In this document: one piece after another, positions 1 through 9,181 of the stretch
How the letters are laid out: every line of letters begins with the position of its first letter
Position numbering within the stretch: the stretch's first letter is position 1
Source of the DNA: Candidatus Nanohaloarchaea archaeon
GTDB taxonomy: Archaea; Nanohalarchaeota; Nanosalinia; Nanosalinales; Nanosalinaceae
DNA: 41,328 bases
Direction of reading: 5' to 3'
Assembly: GCA_042217585.1 (NCBI GenBank)
Contig: JBDGSJ010000026.1
Location: forward strand, 5,428 to 46,755
Notes under the pieces: model-generated
What the model was told of the DNA's origin: nothing
Database searches by the model: none
Seen by the model: only the letters and a program-made list of their open reading frames with translations
Made by a program: the position numbers and the translations under genes

Positions 1-2
1 TG

Positions 3-284
3 ATGATAATGGCTTCCCTCGTCGCCGGCGCCTTCATCTACCTTTCTTCTCGGAAGATAGGCGGGGAGATGGGAAAGAGGTTCAGGATACTGGCGGTGGG
101 GACCCTTTTCCTGGCGGCCTACGGGATACTGGTCGGGCTCCAGGACGCCGGAGTGATGCTTTTCAGCTACCGGGACGGCGCCTTCGGAGTGGTCCACCTG
201 CTCCTGCATCTCGGGTTCTCGATAACGACCTTCATAGGGTTCATGAGCATACTGAAGTACGCGAGAGGTGGTGAACTTTGGTAG
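3..284 (+). CDS. Small multi-pass membrane protein (possibly 5'-truncated by the window edge)
   Basis: Three hydrophobic segments; its 3' end overlaps the next ORF. Confidence 0.65.
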   Translation: MIMASLVAGAFIYLSSRKIGGEMGKRFRILAVGTLFLAAYGILVGLQDAGVMLFSYRDGAFGVVHLLLHLGFSITTFIGFMSILKYARGGELW

Positions 285-574
285 GACTGGAGGGTGTGAC
301 GGCAGGCCTGATGATACTGGCTTTGACGTTCGGCCTGGGGACAGTGGTGATGGCGTACATGAGCGCCAGAGAGTTCGGTGAGTCAGTCTTCGGGCGATCG
401 TTCAAGGTCTTCGCGCTGGGCTGGGCGATAGTGGAGCTCCACACCGCCCGAGAGATCATGTACTACCTGTCGTCCTCGCAGAGCTTCCCCTCCTTCACAG
501 CCGCGGCGCTCGCCAGCACTGGCGTCTCAGTGGTCGCAGCATCCTATTACCTGGTCTACAGGGAGTACAGCTGA
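278..574 (+). CDS. Small 3-TM membrane protein
   Basis: TTG start after GAGGTGGTGA SD; hydrophobic; loop SAREFGESVFGRSF resembles SSRKIGGEMGKRF of the previous ORF. Confidence 0.7.
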   Translation: MVGLEGVTAGLMILALTFGLGTVVMAYMSAREFGESVFGRSFKVFALGWAIVELHTAREIMYYLSSSQSFPSFTAAALASTGVSVVAASYYLVYREYS

Positions 575-601
575 GAGGAAGCGGCGAGAACCTTTCCCGA
601 T

Positions 602-621
602 GGGAGAAAAAGTTTTCTCCC
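602..621. promoter_or_regulatory. Perfect inverted repeat upstream of the amylase promoter (candidate operator)
   Basis: GGGAGAAAA-AG-TTTTCTCCC, 21 nt upstream of TTATAAAT (643-650). Confidence 0.4.
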
Positions 622-642
622 GCGGTGTAGCAACATCGCTTG

Positions 643-650
643 TTATAAAT
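643..650 (+). promoter_or_regulatory. TATA box, leaderless transcript of the GH57 gene
   Basis: TTATAAAT ending 21 nt before ATG 672; similar 20-23 nt spacing recurs before 7393, 32053 and 32453. Confidence 0.6.
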
Positions 651-671
651 CCCCGACCGGAATGAAGTATT

Positions 672-1889
672 ATGTTGCCGATCACCCTCTCGTTCGAGGT
701 CCACCAGCCGCACAGGCTGAGGATCGACGGAGTGAACGAGGACGCGGACAACCTGTACGACAGGTACTTCGACGACGAGATGAACGAGCACTTCTTCAGG
801 GACGTGGCGGAGAACTGCTACTTCCCCGCGACGGAGAGGCTTCTCAGGCAGGCGAAGAAACGTGAGGGTGACGACCGACCGCTCAAGGTCAATTTCTCGG
901 TCTCAAGCTCATGGATAGAGCAGGCGAAGGAGTATCACCCTGAACTTATCGACATGCTGAACCGGTTCCCCGACAACAGCATAGACTTCATAAACCAGGC
1001 GCACTACCACTCACTGGCCGGCCTCTTCTACAACAAGGGAGAGTTCAGGCAGCAGATACGGAAGCACCGGAGCATAATCGAGGACAGTTTCGGCGTGACC
1101 CCCGAGGTCATGACCAACACCGAACTTATATACCACAACGAGATAGGCAAGGTCACCGCCGAGGAGGGTATGGAGGGCATATTCACCGAGGGAGTGCCCC
1201 GGATACTGGGATGGAGGTCCCCGAACTACGCCTACACCCAGCCGGACCCGGTGAAGGAGGACGGCAACAAGATAATGCTGAGGAACAGGAAACTGACGGA
1301 CGACATCGGATACAGGTTCTCCGCGGAGTGGTGGGACGAGTACCCGCTGACAGCCGAGAAGTACGCCTCATGGCTGGCTGCCAGCGAGGGAGACATGATA
1401 AACCTGTTCATGGACTACGAGACCTTCGGGGAACATCACTGGGAAGGCACCGGGATCCTGTGGTTCCTCGAGGACCTGCCCGAGCAGATACTGAAGCACG
1501 ACCACCTCGAGTTCGCGAAGGTCCGGGAGGCCGCGAGGATGAACGACCCGGTCGGCGAGTTCGACGTCTACGAGTACAACACGGTTTCGTGGGCGGACCA
1601 GGAGATGGACGCGTCCGCCTGGCTCGGCAACCCGGTCCAGAAGAAGATATTCGAGAAGATGCAGAAGATGGAGGAGAAGGTGAAAGAGCTTGACGACCCC
1701 GAGGTCCTCGAGGTCTGGAGGAAGTTCCTGACCTCGGACCACCTCCACCACATCGCCACGAAGACCTACGACGACGGCTCGGTCCACAACTACTTCTCCT
1801 ACTTCGACCACCCGCACGACGGGTTCGCCGTCATCATGGACCACCTGATGGATTTCCAGCAGCAGGTGGAGAAGAGGCACCGGAAGTGA
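672..1889 (+). CDS. GH57 family alpha-amylase
   Basis: FEVHQP, HYHSLA, NTELIY (nucleophile Glu), FMDYETFGEH (acid/base), TSDH motifs. Confidence 0.92.
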   Translation: MLPITLSFEVHQPHRLRIDGVNEDADNLYDRYFDDEMNEHFFRDVAENCYFPATERLLRQAKKREGDDRPLKVNFSVSSSWIEQAKEYHPELIDMLNRFPDNSIDFINQAHYHSLAGLFYNKGEFRQQIRKHRSIIEDSFGVTPEVMTNTELIYHNEIGKVTAEEGMEGIFTEGVPRILGWRSPNYAYTQPDPVKEDGNKIMLRNRKLTDDIGYRFSAEWWDEYPLTAEKYASWLAASEGDMINLFMDYETFGEHHWEGTGILWFLEDLPEQILKHDHLEFAKVREAARMNDPVGEFDVYEYNTVSWADQEMDASAWLGNPVQKKIFEKMQKMEEKVKELDDPEVLEVWRKFLTSDHLHHIATKTYDDGSVHNYFSYFDHPHDGFAVIMDHLMDFQQQVEKRHRK

Positions 1890-1918
1890 ACCCGGGACCT
1901 GAACAGGTGTGAAGGATC

Positions 1919-2620
1919 ATGACTGAGGAAAAGAGGATAGAGGTCGAGGACGGCGAGAAGGTATCGCTGGTCCATCACTCCGCGGATGCGGACCGCTGGA
2001 TCTTCTTCTGCCACGGCTTCGGAGCAAACAGGGATTTCCAGCAGGAGAGATCTGAGAAGGCGGCGGAGAACGGTTTCAACGCGGTCAGATTCGACTTCAG
2101 GGGGAACGGGGACTCGGACGGAGATTTCATAGAGCAGGACCTTAGCTCCCGTATAGAGGACCTGAAATCCGTGGTGAGGTATTTCGAGCCGGAGAGAGCG
2201 GCTCTTTTCGGCTCAAGTTTCGGCGGAAAGGTGGCTTTCCACGCCGCGCTGGACCTCGAGGTGGACGCGGTGATCGGGAAAGCCCCCGCGACGTACTCGG
2301 AGGTCATGGATAAATTCAGGTCCGTGCTGGAGAAGAAGGAGACTTTCTCGTACATCGACGGGAAGCCGATAGACGACCGTTTCTTCGACGACTTCGACTC
2401 CTACAGCTTCGACGACGTGACCTCTGGTCTCGAGGCACCGGTCCTGATATTCCACGGTTCGGAGGACACCACGGTCCACCCCGAGCACAGTTTCAGGGCG
2501 GTGAAGGAGTTCAGGACCGACGTCACCTTGAGAAAGCTTCCAGGCGAGGAACACAGGTACTCGGATCGGGCGGAGAGGAAGATGATGGAAACCATGTTCG
2601 ACTTTCTGGACCGTCTCTAG
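1919..2620 (+). CDS. Alpha/beta-fold hydrolase
   Basis: CHGF, RFDFRGNGDSDG, GSSFGG nucleophile elbow, HGSEDTTV, and C-terminal His (GEEH). Confidence 0.88.
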   Translation: MTEEKRIEVEDGEKVSLVHHSADADRWIFFCHGFGANRDFQQERSEKAAENGFNAVRFDFRGNGDSDGDFIEQDLSSRIEDLKSVVRYFEPERAALFGSSFGGKVAFHAALDLEVDAVIGKAPATYSEVMDKFRSVLEKKETFSYIDGKPIDDRFFDDFDSYSFDDVTSGLEAPVLIFHGSEDTTVHPEHSFRAVKEFRTDVTLRKLPGEEHRYSDRAERKMMETMFDFLDRL

Positions 2621-3771
2621 CCGTGCTCCCTGCTCATCGCCTGGTTGTAGATGCCGACCGTCCAGGCGGATATCTGCTCCCACCGGAAGTTGTCCTCCAC
2701 CCTTTCGCGGGCGTTGTCTCCCATCCAGTCCGCCCATCCCGGGTCGCTCAGGCCTCTCTCGACCTGGTCCGCGATGGAGTTCGCGTCCGCCGGGTAGGTG
2801 TGGAGGCCGGTGTACTCGTGGACGATGGTGTCCTTCATCCCGCCCACGTAGCTTCCCACGGTCATGGTCTCGCTTGCCGCGGATTCGAGCGGCACTATCC
2901 CGAACGGCTCGTAGACGGACGGCACTACCGTCATACGGGCGTTCTTCATCAGCGATATGAGTTCTGCGTCCGATACGTATCCGGGGAAGTGGACCTTGTC
3001 GCCGACCTTTGACTTCGCTATCTCCTTGTAGTGCTCGGTCGCCCCGCTGCCGCACATCACGAACTTGGCGTGGTCCATGTCGTCAAGTATCTGGGGCATC
3101 GCCTCTATCAGGTGGCCGGGACCTTTCTGCGGGTACATCCTGCCGACGAACAGCACTATCTCCTCCCAGTCCAGTGCGTAGTCGTCCTTCCTGAAGTCGT
3201 TGCTGTGGTTGTCGAACTTCTCGAGGTCCACGCCGTTCGGTATGTAGTTTATCTTCTCCTCCGGCACGTCGAAGGTGTGCTTGACCTCCTCGGAGAACTC
3301 CCTTCCGACCGTTATGACCTGGTCCGCCTGGTATGTTCCGTACCACTCCAGGTTGTGTATGGTCTGCTGGTACTCGGAGTCGATGCCGTCCCTGCCCTTC
3401 TGGGTGGAGTGGACGGTGAACACCATCGGGAGGTCCAGCGTGTTCTTGATACCGGTCGCGCCCGAGACCGCCATCCAGTCGTGGGCGTGAACGAGGTCGA
3501 ACTCGTTCTCCTTGTATATCTCTATCGCCTTCTTCTCCATCTCGTGTCCGAGGTGCATCGCCCATGAGAGCGTGTTCACCGCGGAGTCTGAGGACGGCAC
3601 CCTGTGAATCTCCACACCGTCGCGGTACTCCTTTGTCTCCTCCTCGCCGTACGTCAGGACGACTGGCTCGTGTCCCTGGTCGGCCATAGTGGTCGCCAGG
3701 TCCTCACAGTGCGCGGCTATTCCTCCCGCCTTGTAGGGCGGGTACTCCCATGTCACAAGTAGTGGACGGAT
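2617..3771 (-). CDS. GT4 glycosyltransferase (GT-B fold, glycogen-cluster type); probable ATC start at 3771 (ORF track gives GTG 3756)
   Basis: WEYPP-GG, HAHDW, FVGR, PSVYEPFGIVPLE motifs; the ATC start restores (M)RPLLVTWEYPP. Confidence 0.9.
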   Translation of the reverse strand: MRPLLVTWEYPPYKAGGIAAHCEDLATTMADQGHEPVVLTYGEEETKEYRDGVEIHRVPSSDSAVNTLSWAMHLGHEMEKKAIEIYKENEFDLVHAHDWMAVSGATGIKNTLDLPMVFTVHSTQKGRDGIDSEYQQTIHNLEWYGTYQADQVITVGREFSEEVKHTFDVPEEKINYIPNGVDLEKFDNHSNDFRKDDYALDWEEIVLFVGRMYPQKGPGHLIEAMPQILDDMDHAKFVMCGSGATEHYKEIAKSKVGDKVHFPGYVSDAELISLMKNARMTVVPSVYEPFGIVPLESAASETMTVGSYVGGMKDTIVHEYTGLHTYPADANSIADQVERGLSDPGWADWMGDNARERVEDNFRWEQISAWTVGIYNQAMSREHG

Positions 3772-3803
3772 TTTCGGACCCCCTCTGCTTAAGAATTTTT
3801 TGT

Positions 3804-4388
3804 CTATCTAACAAGTTCTCTGTAATTCTTTAAAACCTTGTCCTTCCAGCCGTGGGAGTACGGATCGATGACCCTGACCTTGTCCTCAGGTACGTCGAGA
3901 TCGAATATCACAGAATTTTTGGTGTCCTCGTTCGTCACGAAGACCATATCTGCCTCGAAAGTGCCTTCCCACTCGAGTTCAGAGATCATCGGAGCGTGCT
4001 CCCCCTCGAACCCTCTCTCGTTCTCAGTGGAGTGTATCGTGACGACGAAAGGCTTCTCCGAATGCTTCGCCAGCGCCACTGCTCCCGGGACCGTCGCCCA
4101 GTCGTTCGCGTGTATGAGATCGAACCCCTGGCTGTCCATTATCTCCGCGGCCTGATGCTTGAGCTCGTTGTTCAGCATCATCGCCCAGTTGTAGATGTTG
4201 TCGCCGTCGAAATGCAGTTCGACCCTGCGGACCTCCACCCTGTCGTCCACGTCGTAGTGGGTGTGGTCCTGGAACGACAGTATCGTCGCCTCGTGACCCT
4301 CCTCCACCATACGGTGCGCGATATCCTTGCAGTACTCGGACACGCCTTCACCGTCGCTGAAGTTCTTCGAGAGCAGCAGCACCTTCAT
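3804..4388 (-). CDS. Stand-alone GT4 N-terminal domain protein
   Basis: HANDW, TIHSTE, ELEWEGT match the neighbouring GT4 N-domain; no C-terminal donor-binding domain. Confidence 0.8.
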   Translation of the reverse strand: MKVLLLSKNFSDGEGVSEYCKDIAHRMVEEGHEATILSFQDHTHYDVDDRVEVRRVELHFDGDNIYNWAMMLNNELKHQAAEIMDSQGFDLIHANDWATVPGAVALAKHSEKPFVVTIHSTENERGFEGEHAPMISELEWEGTFEADMVFVTNEDTKNSVIFDLDVPEDKVRVIDPYSHGWKDKVLKNYRELVR

Positions 4389-5548
4389 CGGTCGAACCTC
4401 TGGCTGAAACCTTTCGCCTTACTTTTTTCTACATCCGGCTGTGTGTACGGATCCACGTCCCTGAGACGGGCTGAGTAGACCGCGAGATGCTGGAGGAAGA
4501 CGAGCAGTTCTCCCGCCGAGGCGTAGTCAAGGCTCTCCAGCGTCACGGTCACGTTAGGGACCGCTTCCTCGTCAAGCGCGGACTTCACGCCACGGTACTC
4601 GGAGTCCAGCGCGTGCTCCATGCTCATCCCGTCCATCTCACCGAGGGCCCTGTCCCTGAGCGAGACGTCGGACAGGTCCTCCGGGACCTGTATCTCCTCA
4701 TGCTCGTGTGACCTGGTCCTGAAGAAGAGCGGGACCACATCCTGCCTTCCTCCGAAAAGCCTCTGGTTGGTGTGGTGCTGGTACTCCGGTCCGAGGTCGC
4801 CGTAGACGGTCTGGCCCTCTCCCTGCTTGCAGACCGTCTCGTGCATCAGCTGGACCAGCAGCGGGTAGTATCCGAACATCCTGGTGGAGTAGAACGGTGC
4901 GAGGACCTCCCTGTAACCTTTCTCCTCCGCGTCCTTCAGCGCGTTCGCGACCTCCAGCGCCGGGTTTCCCCCCTCGCTGTACTCCCGGTAGGCGTTCTCC
5001 GCTCCTCTCCTTATCTCGCGGTGGTCCAGTCCGGCGAACGCGGCAGGGACGAGCGCGGTCTCTGTCGCGCCTGAGAACCTCCCTCCGACGTCCGGGTGCT
5101 CGATGAAGCCGTGTCCCCTCTTTTCAAGTATCTGGTTCAGCGCGCCGTCATTGTCCGATGTGACGGCCATCATCGGGTAGTCCCTCTCGATGAAGTACAG
5201 GACCGCGTCGATGACGCTCGAGGTCTCACCGGACTTGCTCACCGGCATCACGAGCGTGTCCTCCGGGTCGGTCTCCCTTTCCACCCTGTGAAGGTAATCC
5301 GGATCCTGGGTGTTGACGAGGTGGACCTCCACATCGGTCTGGTCGATGAACGCGTAGAGGTAGGCGCGGAAGGAGGTTATCGAGCCGCCGTTTCCGATCA
5401 CCACGAGGTCCTCGTAGCTGTGCTGCTCCATCCGTTCCTCTATCTCGTCCAGGTCGGGCTCGTGCCTCGAGAACGGTGTCTCCTCCACTTCATCCGGTCC
5501 AAGACCCTCTGTATTCAGGTCCTCCACGTTTATCTTCAGTTCCATCAT
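4385..5548 (-). CDS. pgi: Glucose-6-phosphate isomerase (SIS fold)
   Basis: IGNGGS, SKSGET, VGGRFS, QLMHE..KQG, DPYTQPDVE..K motifs. Confidence 0.85.
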   Translation of the reverse strand: MMELKINVEDLNTEGLGPDEVEETPFSRHEPDLDEIEERMEQHSYEDLVVIGNGGSITSFRAYLYAFIDQTDVEVHLVNTQDPDYLHRVERETDPEDTLVMPVSKSGETSSVIDAVLYFIERDYPMMAVTSDNDGALNQILEKRGHGFIEHPDVGGRFSGATETALVPAAFAGLDHREIRRGAENAYREYSEGGNPALEVANALKDAEEKGYREVLAPFYSTRMFGYYPLLVQLMHETVCKQGEGQTVYGDLGPEYQHHTNQRLFGGRQDVVPLFFRTRSHEHEEIQVPEDLSDVSLRDRALGEMDGMSMEHALDSEYRGVKSALDEEAVPNVTVTLESLDYASAGELLVFLQHLAVYSARLRDVDPYTQPDVEKSKAKGFSQRFDR

Positions 5549-7290
5549 TTCCTTTTCACCGCTCTTTCGTGCGCTTCCCTGTAGTTTTCACCGAGTTTCT
5601 CCCAAGAGGTGAGCTGTGCGAGCCTCCTGGCGTTATGCTTCCTCTCAGTTATCTCGGTCCTCGAGTAGTCCACTATGTCCTCTATCATCTCCGCGAGCTG
5701 GTACTTCGCCTCGTCATCGGGGACGCCCTCTCTCTCAAGGACCCTGATACCCTTGCGGTCCCCGCTCTCCGTGTTCTCCAGGAGGAACTGGCCGAAGCCG
5801 GCGAGGTCCGTGGTCACCGACAAGGCCCCGTTCGCCGCGGTCTCAACCGGGGTGTATCCCCACGGCTCGTAGTAGCTCGGGAATATGCCCGCGGAGCACG
5901 CCTTCATCGCGTCCTGATAGCTCATGTTCAGCATCCTGTCGCCCACGGAGAGATAGGTCGGATAGAATATTACCTTGACACGGTCCTCCTCCCTGTTCTT
6001 CAGACCGTTCTCGTGGAGCGCCTCCAGTATCTGGTCCTCGCCGTAGTTCAGGTCGAACGCCGACATCGGCGGTCTATCTCCCTTCGCGTGGAAGTTGGCC
6101 TGAAGGGATTCGAGGCCGTCCTCCTCGTCGAAGATGTTGAAGCACCGCTGGGCGGGATCGCTTCCCGACGTTATGGCGTTGAGTATCGCGGACCTGAGCT
6201 CCGGCATTTTTGACTCCACGAAATCCTCCAGTTCCTCGAAGAGGGAGACGTTCTCTATCACCTCCTTCTTACCTCCGGCAGTGTCAGCCGGTACGAAGAT
6301 GAAGACGTAGAATGTCTCCCCCTCCCTGCGGTTGAGCTCCCCGAGCGAATCTATCAGGAGGTCCAGCCCCTTGTTGTGGAACTCGTAACGCCCCGACGTG
6401 AACAGTATCCTCGGGTCGCTCTCCAGGTCCACGTCGTAGTACGGCTCGAAGTATGCCTGGAGGAAGTTCTTCATCTTCCGCTTCTTTTTCTTGTGAGTGT
6501 AGGAAAGTTCCTCGAGGCTGGGATATTCTTCCACGTTGAAACCGTTCGGCAGTATCTTGTCCGGCTTGACCCCCAGGACCGCGGAGGCCTCTCTCCCCGT
6601 GGTCTTGCTGACCGTCGTGAATATGTCCGATTCACGGGCGGAGATCTTCTCCATCTGATGCTTGGGGGCGACCCCGTACTCCTCCGCCTTCGAGTCATCG
6701 ACCTCGCCACTCATCACGGCGGAGCGCAGGTCGTAATCCGAGTTGGAGAGCGCCCTGCCGAGGACCGTGGCGTGTGTCGTGAAGACGGTCGGGAGGTCGA
6801 ACTGGAACATCGCGCCGCCTGAAAGCCATTCGTGGAGGTGGACCGCGGTCTGACCACTGAGCTCCTTTTCCAGCTCCGATACGAGTCTTCCGACCGCGTA
6901 GCTCCACTCCACAGGGTCATCGAAGTCCTGACCGGCCCCGAGAGAGTCGAGGCCGTATTCCTCCCAGAGGAACTCCTTTATCTCGTCCACGTCTTTCTCC
7001 AGGTCTGAGGCATCCACAAGTATACATCTAGGTGCGTCCTGGATGTTCCAGACGCCGTAGTGGCACTCTATACCTTCCTCACGTAGCTTCTCGAAGACCT
7101 CCTCGAACGGGTTCTCTTTTCTGGGCGCGAAATCTTCTCTGGCTCCTTCCTCATCGTAGTAACCGACAGTGATATAATTATCTCCGTAGTAATCCTTCAT
7201 CTTCCCCGCCTTGGACTTCAGGACCTGATATATACCGCCGACCTTGTTTGAGACTTCGAAGGAAACCTCGATAAGGTTGTCCGGAGCCAT
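5545..7290 (-). CDS. Glycogen synthase, GT3 (eukaryote/Bacteroidetes type)
   Basis: EVSNKVGGIYQVLKSKA, HEW, FTTHATVLGR, SGRYEFHNKG, FPSYYEPWGYTPVE. Confidence 0.92.
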   Translation of the reverse strand: MAPDNLIEVSFEVSNKVGGIYQVLKSKAGKMKDYYGDNYITVGYYDEEGAREDFAPRKENPFEEVFEKLREEGIECHYGVWNIQDAPRCILVDASDLEKDVDEIKEFLWEEYGLDSLGAGQDFDDPVEWSYAVGRLVSELEKELSGQTAVHLHEWLSGGAMFQFDLPTVFTTHATVLGRALSNSDYDLRSAVMSGEVDDSKAEEYGVAPKHQMEKISARESDIFTTVSKTTGREASAVLGVKPDKILPNGFNVEEYPSLEELSYTHKKKKRKMKNFLQAYFEPYYDVDLESDPRILFTSGRYEFHNKGLDLLIDSLGELNRREGETFYVFIFVPADTAGGKKEVIENVSLFEELEDFVESKMPELRSAILNAITSGSDPAQRCFNIFDEEDGLESLQANFHAKGDRPPMSAFDLNYGEDQILEALHENGLKNREEDRVKVIFYPTYLSVGDRMLNMSYQDAMKACSAGIFPSYYEPWGYTPVETAANGALSVTTDLAGFGQFLLENTESGDRKGIRVLEREGVPDDEAKYQLAEMIEDIVDYSRTEITERKHNARRLAQLTSWEKLGENYREAHERAVKRK

Positions 7291-7310
7291 GGTGAAGAAT
7301 ACTCTTAGCC

Positions 7311-7369
7311 GTATAAAAAAACAAAGAACGCGCTATTGCTACTTTTCAGTCAAAATAAAGGTTTTATAC
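7311..7369. promoter_or_regulatory. Divergent TATA boxes for the GT3 operon (-) and the debranching operon (+)
   Basis: TTTTTATAC on minus (7311-7319) about 20 nt before ATG 7290; TTTTATAC (7362-7369) 23 nt before ATG 7393. Confidence 0.6.
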
Positions 7370-7392
7370 CGCTCCGCCGGACTTTTCTACTC

Positions 7393-9174
7393 ATGAAGTA
7401 CAAACTGGAGGAAAATCAGGGGGAGAAATGGGGCGTGGTTTCAAACCTCCACTGCTTCCTCAACCGGCACCTGGACGGAGGTTTCAAGACGAAGTGGAGC
7501 GGTTTCTGGGTTCCACCGTACAAATTCCTGGATTACTACGCGGTCAGAGTCAACGGCTACTGGCTGAACAGCGAGACCCTGGAAAGCACCGAGTACGGGG
7601 ACGAGATGGTCTTCCACCACGACACGGGAAGCCTGGAGATCCACGAGAGGATATCAGCACCTGGCGGACTGCCCGGCCTGAGAATCGAACTCGAGATAGA
7701 CAACATGGAATCCGACAGGAAAGCGGTCCACGTCAACATCGAGCCCGCGGTCGACATCCGGAGAAAAGACATCGACGTGGACGGATCGGATTACAGGATC
7801 GAGAAGGATTCCGGCAGGATAATGGTGGAGAGGTCCGGTCGAAAACTCGTGATAGAGGGAGACCCGGATATGAAGGTCGAGGGCGAGAAACAGAAGAAGG
7901 AGCACTTCCCCTCAGGTGACAGGCAGGAAGCCCTGATACCTGGCGAACTCGGCTTCAGGGAGGAGATCGAACCGCAGGGTTCAGCGGAGATAGGCATCGA
8001 GATGAGGACCTCTGACGGCAACCTGGGAGAGATAGAGACCCTGGATCAGGGATTCGAGAACGAGGAACTCGGCCAGGCGTTCCGTGAGAGCATTGAAAGC
8101 ATGGAGAACCTGGTCTACGGACACAACGGCAAGGGTATCATCGCCGGCCATCCGTGGTTCCAGACCTACTGGGCCCGGGACAGTTTCTGGACCCTTCTCG
8201 GGATGATAGACGCAGGACACCTGGAGCTCTCCCATGAGATACTTGAGAACTTCGCGAGTCATGACGGCTTCCCCAACAGGATAAACCTCGACGGGGAACC
8301 GGACGCGAGCCCGAACGCGGATGCCGCACCGCTCTTCGTCATCGCCGCGGACAAGCTGGAGAGACACCACGAGACCAGCGACCTCATCAAGGAGAAACAG
8401 GAGGAGGCCTTCGAGCACCTCGAGCACGAGAACGGCGTGGTCCAGCACGACCCGGCAGGCACCTGGATGGACACGCAGGAGAGGGCTCCCGCTGTCGACA
8501 TACAGTCCCTCTGGCTCGAGGCCGCGAGGGTGATGGACCACGAACTGGAGGGCGAACTGGAATCAGGCCTGAGAGAGTTCGAGCAGGACGGCCACGTGAA
8601 GGATTACCTCGGGGATAACCCTCCGCTGACGGTGAACCCCGCGGTCCCGCTGATGTTCGGGCACTTCAAGGAGGAGCACGCCTACGACTACCTCGAGGAG
8701 ATAAATGGAGAGTACACGTCGAGATACGGTGCGAGGACCCGGTCCATGACCGACATGGGTTACGACTCCTCAGGGTACCACACCGGGAGTGTATGGGAAC
8801 TTACCTCGGGCTGGGTCGCGGCCGGGAACCTGAGGTACGGGAAGCACGGCCAGGGGATCAACATGCTCGAGAAGATGGCCGAGTTCCTCGGAAGGAACCA
8901 GCCCGGCGCCCTGCCCGAGGTCGTGGACGCCGAGGAAGGTACTCTGCTCGGATGCGGAGAGCAGGCCTGGAGCGCCGGGATGATGGTCCACGTCATCGAC
9001 TCCTACCTTCTCGGTATCCAGGCGAAGGAGTCACACGTCGAGATCGATCCCGTCCCCGGTATCAGCTGCAGGAGGACCGGCAAGAAGCTGAAGGGAGAGG
9101 AACTGGACCTCGAGATAGTGAACGGAGAGGTCGAAATATTAAACGATCCGGACCTAGAACTTATACTGTGGTGA
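7393..9174 (+). CDS. Amylo-alpha-1,6-glucosidase (glycogen debranching enzyme, GH133-like)
   Basis: IIAGHPWF..WARD, ADAAPLF, TWMD, YHTGSVW, LPE, QAWS motifs; start reassigned to ATG 7393. Confidence 0.88.
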   Translation: MKYKLEENQGEKWGVVSNLHCFLNRHLDGGFKTKWSGFWVPPYKFLDYYAVRVNGYWLNSETLESTEYGDEMVFHHDTGSLEIHERISAPGGLPGLRIELEIDNMESDRKAVHVNIEPAVDIRRKDIDVDGSDYRIEKDSGRIMVERSGRKLVIEGDPDMKVEGEKQKKEHFPSGDRQEALIPGELGFREEIEPQGSAEIGIEMRTSDGNLGEIETLDQGFENEELGQAFRESIESMENLVYGHNGKGIIAGHPWFQTYWARDSFWTLLGMIDAGHLELSHEILENFASHDGFPNRINLDGEPDASPNADAAPLFVIAADKLERHHETSDLIKEKQEEAFEHLEHENGVVQHDPAGTWMDTQERAPAVDIQSLWLEAARVMDHELEGELESGLREFEQDGHVKDYLGDNPPLTVNPAVPLMFGHFKEEHAYDYLEEINGEYTSRYGARTRSMTDMGYDSSGYHTGSVWELTSGWVAAGNLRYGKHGQGINMLEKMAEFLGRNQPGALPEVVDAEEGTLLGCGEQAWSAGMMVHVIDSYLLGIQAKESHVEIDPVPGISCRRTGKKLKGEELDLEIVNGEVEILNDPDLELILW

Positions 9175-9181
9175 GGACCGG

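Noticed and set aside
3757..3775. Antisense pairing of the 35203 motif RNA (AAGGGUGGACGCUUUUC) over the GT4 ATC start region
   Set aside because: Only a 7-8 nt core plus a U-run match; GTGGACG is frequent, so chance is a sufficient explanation.
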